DNA from: Gracilinanus agilis
Taxonomy: Eukaryota
Length of the DNA stretch: 64,000 bases
Direction of reading: 5' to 3'
Assembly: GCF_016433145.1 (NCBI RefSeq)
Contig: NC_058135.1
Span: 255,306,413-255,370,412, forward strand
How positions within the stretch are numbered: position 1 is the first letter of the stretch; each line of letters opens with the position of its first letter. The notes beneath the pieces are model-generated. The model was not told the origin of the DNA. It searched no databases and saw only the letters and a program-made list of their open reading frames with translations. The position numbers and the translations under genes were made by a program. This document shows positions 49,300-59,916 of this stretch, in pieces.

Positions 49300-51240
49300 A
49301 AGAAGTACTCCATTCCTACTTTACTGAGGGATTGCAGATCATTTGCCTTTAGCACCTCCCTACACCACTGCTGATCACATATGCCAAATCTTAAACCTTC
49401 TGACATCTTCCCTCTTCTCCTTTAAATCCAGTCTCTGAGGAAGAAATAGCTTTTTTTCTGCCCATGGCCAACTCCCCCTCCACACACACACATATACCGT
49501 TAGCTTCATCCCCTCCATATTCTCCAGCAGATCACTACCAAAACTCTTCTCTGGTGGACTTAAATTTTCACTTTCTCCCTTTACATTCTGCCCTGCTGAC
49601 GTAGAAACATGCTCAGGGCTCCTTTGTCCTTAAAAAAAACCTCACCTGAGACCACATGCTGTTAATTCTCTACCCTCGTCCTTGGCCGGAAACTAAGAAA
49701 AAACTGTCTGCACTCTGCCTCCACTTCCCCTCACTTATTGCTCCTCCCTTTGCTAACTCCCAACCTCACCCTTCAACTGAAACCTCTCCTAAAATATCTA
49801 AAACTGCTGCCTTCATTACCAAATCTTACAGCTTTTTCTCAGTCCTCATTCTTTTTCACCTCTCTCCTGCATGTAGTACTCGAATGTCCTTTTCTTCTGC
49901 ATAGTCTGTCCTTTCTGTCATACTTTTTTCCTCCTCCACTATGCCTGTTCATGACTTCATTGTCTCTTGTTGGATCATCATCCATGTTTTGATCCCTAAT
50001 GATAAGTGTGCTCCAAAAACTCTTTCCCATTCCCTCTGATCTTCTCTGTGTTCTTCCTTAGTAACCTCATCGACTCCCATGGTTTCGATTATTATCTCTT
50101 TGCAAATGACTCTCACATATTATATGCAGCCTTCATCTCTGTCCTGGGTTCAAGGTCCACAACACTAATTGCCTACTGGACATTCCCATCTAGATGTCCC
50201 TTTTCACATGTCACTCTTTCTGTCAAGAATACCACCATCCTTCCAATCATCCCAGTTCAAAACCTCAGGCTCATTCATGAATTCTTACTCTGTTTTGCAT
50301 CCCCTGATATAATATGTGGACAAATCTTGTCAATTCTACTTTAATAATTCTTACATGTCTCCTCCTCTGCTCATTTGGCTACCACCCTCATTCATGCCCT
50401 CCTTTGCCTCTCATTTAGACTATGGCAATAGACTTATAATGGGAATCTTTGCCTTAAGGCATTACTCCTCTCTAATTGATTCCCCACCCAGCTGCTAAAG
50501 TGATACTAATAAAGTTTAATGCTGGGCAGCTGGGTAGCCCAGTGGAGTGAGAGTCAGGCCTAGAGACAGGAGGTCCTAGGTTCAAACCCGGCCTCAGCCA
50601 CTTCCCAGCTGTGTGACCCTGGGCAAGTCACTTGACCCCCATTGCCCACCCTTACCAATCTTCCACCTATGAGACAATACACCAAAGTACAAGGGTTTAA
50701 AAAAAAAAAAGTAAAAAACAAAAAACAAAAAACAAAGTTTAATGCTGTTTATGACACTTCTTTGTCCTTCCAAGTGCTCATAAAATTAAATGCAAACTCC
50801 TCTAACCTTCTTTTCCATATTATTACATCTAATTCCCCTTCTAGGAATCCACAGACCAGCCAAACTGTCTCCATTTGCTGTTCGATACACAAGACACACC
50901 ATTTCCCTTTTACATGTCTTTGTCCAGGAATGACCCCCTCATGCCTCAGATGTACTCTCTCCTCACTTCTGCTTCCCTGAATCTCGAATATTCTTCAAAA
51001 CTCAACTCAGTCACCACCTCCCTTTAGGCTTTTCTTAATCATTCTCAGCTTATAGTTCTCTCTGCCTAAATTATATTTACCTTGTCTAAACTTATATGTG
51101 TATGTTCTGTATATGTTATTTCCCTTTCTGGAATGCAAGCTTTTATAAAGCAACAACTTTTTCACTTTTGTCTTTTTATACCCAACATCTACTACAATGT
51201 CTGGCACATAGTAGGTGTTAGTTAAATGCTTGCTGATCAA
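49300..51240 (+). mobile_element. L2 LINE (RT region to 3' end), interrupted by a young SINE1
   Basis: LIDSHGFDYYLFANDSH at about 50066-50116 (L2 LIHSHGFNYHLYADDSQ); 3' end tgtctggcacatagtaggtgttagttaaatgcttg. Confidence 0.9.
50525..50733 (+). mobile_element. Very young SINE1_Mdo
   Basis: Perfect 14-bp TSD aaagtttaatgctg at 50511-50524 and 50734-50747; long A-rich tail. Confidence 0.95.
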
Positions 51241-52519
51241 TTTTCTCAGGCTATAATATATAGGTGAATAGATATCCCCCCTGTATGAGTTCATCAATAC
51301 CTGCATCTTGAACTGACAGCATATGATTGGTAAGCTAGATCCAGAATCAAATAGGAAGGGATCGTATAAGACTTGCAGTGAGCCTGAAATAAAAATCCAT
51401 CTTTTTGATAATGTTCTTCCAATGGCATTGTATGCTTCCAAACCATTTAACACTAGAACCTCTAAGTAATCAAATCATGAGTCAACAAAAGGCATTAGAG
51501 AGGTGTAGGAGGGCATGAATTAGCTACAGTATCATACAAGTGAAAGTATATCTACATTCATGAAGCATTATAAAGGAGATCATCCTGGAACCGAGGTTGC
51601 CCTGGATCTGAGGCCAGCTCTTTATCCACTGTCAGGCTTCCTCTCTCCTGGACATTAATAGAGCCCAAGGTCGCACAAGCTGTTTGGGCTGACATGTCAT
51701 AGTACTCATATATTACTTGCACTGGTACAGTGGAGGATAAAAAAAGACCTGGTGCAGGCATCCAAGCCAGTATATTGGGGAGATCCTCTATAGAGGATTT
51801 ATGCAGTAGCAAGAACAAGATGAGATGGCAAGGGTAAAATGGAGATCACAAAACTTGACTCTTCTCAGCAATGCAATGATCTGCAACAGTCCTGAAGGAT
51901 TTATGCTGGAGAATGCTATCCACCTCCAAAGAAAGAACTATCAGAGTTCTCTTTCACAGCAGTGTACTTATGGTTTTATTTGGGGATTTTGGTTATGTAT
52001 GAGTTTGCTCTTACAATAATGACCAATCTGGAAGTGTATTTTGCATGACAGTATAAAAATTTTTTAATTAAATATAAAAGAAGAGATCACAAATCACTGA
52101 AATAATAAAATCACAATACTGGTGCATGTTGCACTTACAGAACCCTAAAACTTCTAGGTGGTTGTTTTTTTTTTTCAGAGCTATCTTGCCATGTTTCCCA
52201 CACTATATTTGTGAAATTAATTTTTATACTCAACCACAAAAATTTATCTTTATCCCTATTAGAATTTATCCTAAAGAAACAGCATGCCCTAATAGAGAAC
52301 TGAGCTCAAATTACAAAAACAAGCAAACAAAAAACCCATTGGATTTAAAGTCTTGTCTCCAATGCATCATCACTGTGGGACCCTGAATTCTCTTAAAACT
52401 ACAAGTTGTATAATAGATGCCCATGTGCGCCGAGTTTCCTCACCAAATATTCACCCCGAGTCCTCCTTGCCAAACCTCCCCCAAAGTGTGTCCATTTTCA
52501 GAGTCAATAATACTCAGGC

Positions 52520-52800
52520 CACAAGTGTGCATTGTCGTCATTTTGAGGTGATATATTTTATAAGAGATGTTGGCAAACTAGAAGACCAGAATGGTAAAAG
52601 GACTAAAAACCATGCATAGAGTGGTCACTTGATGCAGTTGGCTTTGTTTAGCCTAAAGAAGACTTAAGAGGATGTGATAGCTCTCTTCAAGTGTTTAAGT
52701 TGCAGTCATGTGGAAAGGAGATTATGCTTGTTCTAAAAAGAAGGGACAAAGTAGTCCTGGATTGAACTTCTAGAGAGCTAGATTTTGGCTTGGTGTGATC
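52520..52800 (+). mobile_element. L3/CR1 3' fragment
   Basis: ttggctttgtttagcctaaagaagacttaagaggatgtgatagctctcttcaagtgtttaag. Confidence 0.75.
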
Positions 52801-53436
52801 TTTTCTAAATGGTCACTTAACTAAGCTGATATAAGGAAAAGGTCCCCAATCCAGATCCTGGACCCTATAATTACTATGTTTATCTTTTACCTGTATAATG
52901 TTTTCCCCACTAGAGCATAAGCTTCCTGAGCTCAGACACTTCCACTTGTGTCTTTCTACTCCTAGCACTTTGTACAATGCCTCACTTAGAAGTGCTTGAT
53001 AAATGCCTGCCTGCTTAATAATTGTGCAGGGTATAGTAGAGGGCATTCTGGTTCAGGTATCTGCTGAAGTAGGTTAACTCTATAGTCTTTACCTACTCAG
53101 ATGCTCTGATTCTCTAATTCTTGTTCTGGTTTAACCTGGTCTTACTGATCCTACAGCGTCATCTCCATGCCTTATTCCAGTTCAAAAGCTCTGTGATCAT
53201 AGTTATATTACTTCTTTAAATTTTCCATAGGTTACCTTGACAGAGTTAGCTTCATAGATTTCAATTACACCCACCAGGTTGACTGAATAGAATTTGCTTG
53301 GGAGTGATAGATATCCTCTATTTTAAAAGCAAGGGTTTCCCCATGGATTTCTAGACAAGTGCCCAGCACTTTCTGGTACTTTGAACAGATATCGCATAAT
53401 ATTTGTCAACCTGCTATTTAAAAAGTCTAATAGAAA

Positions 53437-53646
53437 GAGCAGTTAGGTGGCTCAGTGGATAGGGAGCCAGATCCAGAAACTAGGGAAGTGCTTGGTTCAA
53501 ATCTGGCCTCAGACACTTCCTAGCTATGTGACCCTGGGTAAGTCACTTAAACTCCATTGCACAGCCCTTGCCACTCTTCTGCCTTGGAACCAATACACAA
53601 TATTGATTCCAAGATGGAAGGTAAGGTTGTTTAGAGTTTTTTAAGG
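53437..53646 (+). mobile_element. SINE1_Mdo-type (long-tail)
   Basis: TSD ctaatagaaa at 53427-53436 and 53647-53656. Confidence 0.92.
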
Positions 53647-54559
53647 CTAATAGAAAATGGAAAAAGAAAGGAACAAATGTGTCCATTGAACAAAAGCTTT
53701 GTTTTTATAGTAAAAATCGATAAAAACTGGTCAGCCCTTGGTGTTCTTATTTTATACAGGCACAGTTCAAATTGTCATTTCCATGAAGTTTTCCTGACCC
53801 TCTCCTCTGTTTTCTCTAATAATAACAGCAATAATACTCTCTTATCCACAGCTCTTGCATTTTCTTGATGCTTTCTGAAGTGTACAGTGCAAATATGATC
53901 ATCCCCATTTTATAGATGTGAAAACTGAGACAAAGTAATTGACTTGCCTAAGATTACACATAAAAAGCAATGAAGTGTAGTAGATATGAAACTGGCCTCA
54001 GATTCAGGAAGACTTCATATTTCCTCTTATTCTGTGACCCTGGGCAAGTCATTTATCCTTCTAGGGCTCTAGGCACCTCTCTGAGACTAGAAGATGCAGG
54101 CCAGCATTAGTAGAGGGGGTTGCCATGCCTGGGAATTCTACTAATAAAATCACACGTTTTGGGCCTGCCCATAATGTTACACAACTTGAAAACATCACAT
54201 CCAAAATGTTAAGACAGTCTTCTGATTCTGGTGCCAGTTTTGCTTTCATTGCCCTATACTGCTTTCCCTAGAGTACTTTGTACTTCTCATGTAGCACACA
54301 GATTGTGCTGCAGTGAAGCACTCTTTTCTCCAGTACTCAAACATCAACTCCCTGAGGCCCGACACTGTCATCTTATCCCCTGAAGTACACAAAAGCAGGG
54401 GTTCGGTACATATATTTGTTGAATTGGATTGGATTGAACTTAAACCGAATTGAAATGTACAAAGTCATATATCTGGGCACCTAACACAGTAGCCATGTTT
54501 TCCGGTTTCCAGAATACTACATTTCTGGAGGGCTTACTCATGTATAACTCTTTTTTTTA

Positions 54560-55950
54560 GGTATTCTTGTTAGCTCTCTTTATTTCTCTATAAAAGCCAG
54601 CTCCCAGCTGTCAAATAAATGCTTTCATACACCCTTTAATTCTTTCAAACTCTTAAAGAGTACCATTTATTAAGACCTCAACTCAACACTTCACTTGGAC
54701 CCAAAAGCCTTAAGGATTAGAGACAATCGAGCCCACTGAGTGAATTTTCAAGTGGCTTAGTTAAACAAGCTCATACAAAGGATTTCAATAATGCCTGTTA
54801 AATATACCTTCATTTTAGCTTCTGTTATTAGAATATCTGTTTTCTGTTATGTATGTGATGAATTTCAATACATGACTGAAAATGAATTTCCCAATTCTGA
54901 CATTATATTTCTGAGCCTGCTAATTCTTTAAAGAAATTAAGAAAAAATAATGAAACCATGTTACACAGGTACTTAATATTTTTAATCTGTGTTAGTACTA
55001 TGGTAATTAATGCTTATTTTATGCAAACTAGACCGTNNNNNNNNNNNNNNNNNNNNNNNNNNNNNNNNNNNNNNNNNNNNNNNNNNNNNNNNNNNNNNNN
55101 NNNNNNNNNNNNNNNNNNNNNNNNNNNNNNNNNNNNNNNNNNNNNNNNNNNNNNNNNNNNNNNNNNNNNNNNNNNNNNNNNNNNNNNNNNNNNNNNNNNN
55201 NNNNNNNNNNNNNNNNNNNNNNNNTTGAGGATGAGTTTTAAAGTCAGGCATAAATTGTGTTTAGTGCTTAAAATTGATTTAGTGTCTTTCTTTTAGTACA
55301 TCATTTTCTCCTTTGTAAATGAATCTTAGCTTTAGTTTTATCTTCAAGCTTTAAAGGGGGAAAAAAGCCAATCAGTGGTAAAATTAAGGATTTTCTCACT
55401 TCTGCTGTGTTTTTAATAATACTTGATGGAAACAATAGTGGCTTTTATTACTTTATTAAAAATATGAAAGCATATTTGGTGATTAAAGTATCTCCAGTTT
55501 TTTCTTGAATATGATTTAATAAACCTGCTTATGTACTGTAGTATTAGCAAGTTCATTATATTATTCTGTTTCCTTCAAATGGTTTTTTTTTTTGATATGA
55601 CATAAAATCTATCTACTTTTGCTAGATTTTACACTGTCTTTAATCATACTTTCCTGGCAATGCCTGATACGTGTCTCAGTGTAGTAGTGTTTCATTCAAA
55701 ATGGAAACAGATGTCATTTCTGTTGGTCTCTTACATGGGCACCTGTACAGTGAAGCAGAATGCGAGATGCCAGCTTCTCTATTAGGATCTGGAGGAGCAG
55801 CTAAATGACAGACGCTAGGTCACATAGGTCTGGCTTGGTTCAGTACCTTAGGGGGAAATGCCACCCTCTGTGATAGTCCAAGCATAAAGCTGGGAATTTC
55901 ATGAATTTCTTCCAGGAAACGAAGGTTGTAAAATAAAAAGGATAGCATGC
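54560..55950. promoter_or_regulatory. Candidate PAX6 enhancer around N-block 5 (55037-55224, 188 nt), E100-like by position
   Basis: Repeat-free flanks with CAGCTGTCAA 54605-54614, GGATTA 54714-54719, TCAAGTG 54748-54754 and TAATTAAT. The name comes from synteny only. Confidence 0.45.
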
Positions 55951-56999
55951 TACTAGTAATTGTGTTATATATATGGACTAATCAGCATTGCTTTGACCTA
56001 AAATTTAAAAGACTATTTTTATAGTCATAGAAGTCTTTTTCCTTTTTCCCTTTTATCCAACCGCTGTCGTTAATGAATAATATTGCAAGAATAGTCTGAG
56101 AATTGAGACTTAAGAACATCTTTTTGTCACTTCTTGGCACATGATAGTCACTCAGTAATCAATCAACAAGTATTTTTTAAGTTTCACTGCATTAGGTATT
56201 GGAGATACAAAGGCAAAAAATAAAAATAAAAAACCACAATTCTTGCCTGTGAAAAGCTTACTTTTTTTTCATGGAAGACAAGAAGAGTATACCCATTTGT
56301 AGATAAGGTAGACCAGTAGGCATGATAAGATAATAGAGGTCTGACCCTTTCCCCTACTCTCTGCCTGAATCTAGATTTACCAAAATCTTATTGTTTTATA
56401 TTCCAAGGAGTCTTGAATGATCTTGATGTAGGCACAGGAGACAGCACCTTTTAAAAGAGCCTGAAAGAAATTGTCTTATTCAACCAAATCAAATACTTTT
56501 TCTGAATTAATGAACAATAAGGACAGTGGAATTTTCTATTCACTACTTCTCTAGTTTATTATGTGAAGATAAAGATGTAGAAGGTAAAGATCATTTTTAA
56601 ATAGTTTGTAAACCCTACTTCTTCCCTACTGATCCCTTCATTGAGAATGTCTATGATTCATGTACAGATCACTGTCGTGAAGATTTTGGATGTCTGGAAG
56701 AGTAAGCATATACTTTAATAGTTAAGCCACCTTCTGTCAGGTTTAACAGATCCAGGATGATTTTCTTCCTTGCCTTTTGTACCTTCCTTTCCTTCAGTTA
56801 CCTTATATAGCAATCCCTCCACACTCTCCCAACTATATCACCTGCATTATGGATCTCCATTATATGTCATTGGTCCTCTCTGACTTATTTGTCATCTTTC
56901 TCTTTAATACCATTTCTGTTCCTCCACAAACATAATTGTGACTGTGATGCTAAAGTCCAGGTACAGATCTGTACTTAATGGAAAAGGCAGTTCTTAGCG

Positions 57000-58135
57000 G
57001 CAAAGAATTTTTAAAAGTTTTTGCATCTTTTCCATTTTTCTAATGTTTGTAGTCCTCCTTCCACTTTCATCCTTGAATGTGCTAAGCATACTTTTGCTAG
57101 TTAGGTCGCTATTCAAACTTTCTTTAAACTGCTTTTACTCACCACCATTTCTCTCTGTTTTATAAAGCAATACTATACATAATTTATCTATTATCCTTCA
57201 GAAGATTTTAGAAATAAGTTTATATTCTAATCTTATTTTGCTCATGATAACTGTCTCTTTCCATTTGTCAGGTAAGTCAAATATTTGCTTAGACATTTTC
57301 TGGGCTCTTTTGTTCTCTTTGTTTCTACAATTAATTTATGTTAGTTACATTTTTGGATTAAATTATTGTAGTTAGTGTTTCTCTTTTTTAAATGTTCAAG
57401 TATTCATTTAAATAACTCAGTGTTCTCATTTCAATTGGATGTCATATCTTTTTTTCTTATTATTCTCTATTGTTCTAATTAGTTCTATCTTACTCTGATG
57501 AGTCAATATCCTTTCTGTATGAAGACAGTGGGCCCAGGATTAACTCCCACATCAATACCAAGTCTTTTTCTGTCAAAATATTCATTCTGTTCTTTTTAAT
57601 GTTTTTTTGTGCTTACCATGTTAAATATCTAACAATTTATTCACCCCACCTCCCCACCTCCACCAAAGAAAGCTTTCATAATATAGAATATAGAAGTGAT
57701 CAGGTAATCCACAAATCTATAGCTTTTCAATCTTTAATCCTGACCCAATTTTTCTTATATATTTCTTCCCATACTCACTTTTTTCTACCTTTACGTTGAA
57801 GTCACCAAGTACCAGAATATTTATTGATTTAGTTTGCAGGCTGTCAATATACTTTTTTTTTTTAATTTTTTAAATCCTTAACTTCTGTGTATTGGCTCCT
57901 AGGTGGAAGAGTGGTAAGGGTGGGCAATGGGGGTCAAGTGACTTGCCCAGGGTCACACAGTTGGAAAGTGTCTGAGGCCAGATTTGAACCTAGGACCTCC
58001 CATCTCTAGGCCTGACTCTCAATCCACTGAGCTACCCAGCTGCCCTCTTAATATACGCTTCATTGGGTTTCTCTACTTTTTCAACTTCAGCTGTTCATAT
58101 TGATGCATAAATTGCAATTATTTTCATAGTCATAT
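57000..58135 (-). mobile_element. Old L1 ORF2 fragments
   Basis: T-rich antisense L1-like sequence, interrupted by a SINE at 57853-58049. Confidence 0.55.
57853..58049 (-). mobile_element. Young SINE1_Mdo (short-tail)
   Basis: TSD aatatac at 57846-57852 and 58050-58056; poly-T start. Confidence 0.92.
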
Positions 58136-58139
58136 TTTT

Positions 58140-58322
58140 AAACCCTTACCTTCTGCCTTAGAGTCAATACTATGTATTGGTTCCAAAGCAGAAAAGTTGT
58201 AAGGGCTAGGCAGTGGGGGTTAAGTGACTTGCCCAGGGTCACACAACTAGGAAGTGTCTGAGGTCAAATTTGAACCCTGGACCTCTGATCTCAATCCACT
58301 GAGTCACCTAGCTGCCTTCTCC
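58140..58322 (-). mobile_element. SINE1_Mdo-type (long-tail)
   Basis: 13-bp TSD tagtcatattttt at 58127-58139 and 58323-58335. Confidence 0.92.
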
Positions 58323-59299
58323 TAGTCATATTTTTGCAAGTGGTTATAATATGTGATGTCCAAATAGCCCATGAAATAATGTTTCTTTATGCCCCTGGGT
58401 ACATAATCAAACCTATTCCACCAATTCTTTTTACCTCTCCAAAGAGCATCTTAGCTACCCTTTCATTTGACCACAGTTTCCTTCTTTCTTCCAATTTCAC
58501 TTAAAGCAAAACATGATTCAATTCCTTCAGTCAGTTGTATACTCGTTTGTCTCCCTACCAGAATATCATTTAAAATACTGAAGATCAAACTGAAGGTTAT
58601 TAACTGTCTAAAAATTTGAATTCTTCGTATACTTTACTTTTATTTTGCCACAGTTACTGTCAAAGTAGACAATGGGAGCAGTACAGAACTGAAGACTATT
58701 TTTTCTATTTTCTTGATTTCTTAGATCACAAGTCTTTCCCACACCTACATGCATCCCCAAAAAAATTTATCACCAGGTGTCCAGACTACTGAGAATATTC
58801 TTCTCCATAATTACCTATGTTGTTCCTCAGAAAAACATACTTACCCTGTTACTTGAGAAGCATTTGAAGCCTTCTCAGCATATTGCTAGAGCTTATATTC
58901 TACTGGCTTGGCCTTTGAAAATCCAGGGTTACCTTCTTGCCACAACATGGCACTGAAGTAGAACTTTATGGGAGACCCTCTGTGTGCAAGGGAACTCCTA
59001 GATTGATGAGATCACAGATAGATAGATTCTCTTTGAGAATTGAGAATATACTGGACAACCCAGCAGACACTTAGAAACATGCTAACCATAACATACTTCT
59101 GCAGCTTCCTTCCACAGATGCACAAACAGAAACAAAACCCATCAAATGATGTTTTACCACTGTCTGAATCTTGCTAAACTGCTCATTCTGGACTGTCGTG
59201 CCCTTAAGTCCAGTAGATTTATCCAAACCAAGCCCTCTAGCTAATGGTCTATAGTTAATCATCTTAGCCACCCCAAGATAATCTCTTTGGCACTCATAT

Positions 59300-59700
59300 T
59301 ACTGTTGCTTTCTTTAGAATATAAAATATCTATGTATATTTATCTGTGTATTTGTTATTGATCACTTTTGTTTTTATTTCACATTCATTTCTGATTCTTC
59401 TCCCCCTATTCAGAAAACTATAGCAGTAACATTAAAAAAGAAAGAAAAAGTACTTCATCAAAACTAACCAACATATTGATTGTATGACAACATATACAAT
59501 GTTCTGACCTAAAGGCTCTTCCCTCTATAATGAAGGGAGGTAAATTTTCCTCACTCCCTTCTTCGGTCAAGCTTCGCTATAATCACACAATGGTCATTTT
59601 CCATTTTTCTGTTCTTTCTGTTTACAGTATAAGAATCATTATATATTGTTTTTCTGGTTCTGCTTACTTCACTCTTTATCATTAGGTCATATAAGTTTAC
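59300..59700 (-). mobile_element. Old L1 3'UTR fragment
   Basis: aaaactaaccaacatattgattgtatgacaacatatacaatgttctg; ttgtttttctggttctgcttacttcactct. Confidence 0.65.
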
Positions 59701-59858
59701 TGATTTTTTTCATCATCCTGGGAAGCTCCTTTCCTTCTCAGTGTTCCTTACTGCTCTAGATCTTTCTCTTCTATCTAAAAGATCTCTTTTCTTACATCCT
59801 TTTTTTAAAAAGAGGAAAACTTCCTCCTTCTTGGGTCCTCTCCTTCAAGAAAACATCC

Positions 59859-59916
59859 ATTTATCTATTTATTTATTTATTTATTTGTTTGTTTGTTTGT
59901 TTATTTATTTATTTAT
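59859..59916 (+). repeat. Compound (TTTA)/(TTTG) microsatellite
   Basis: atttatctatttatttatttatttatttgtttgtttgtttgtttatttatttattt. Confidence 0.9.

Noticed and set aside
48850-49374. Opposing 99-aa and 76-aa ORFs
   Set aside because: No recognisable protein; probably decayed LINE sequence adjoining the L2.
51007-51453. 148-aa minus-strand ORF
   Set aside because: Largely the antisense reading of an L2 3' tail.
1723-55296. ORFs spanning N-blocks (1723..2082, 2953..3273, 7758..8036, 18279..18554, 54958..55296 and others)
   Set aside because: They are open only because Ns cannot encode stops; they are artefacts.
58580-59280. Possible ancient LINE RT remnant (GLDKSTGLKG, loosely like KAPGPDG)
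   Set aside because: One weak motif and no supporting RT motifs found, so the family cannot be assigned.
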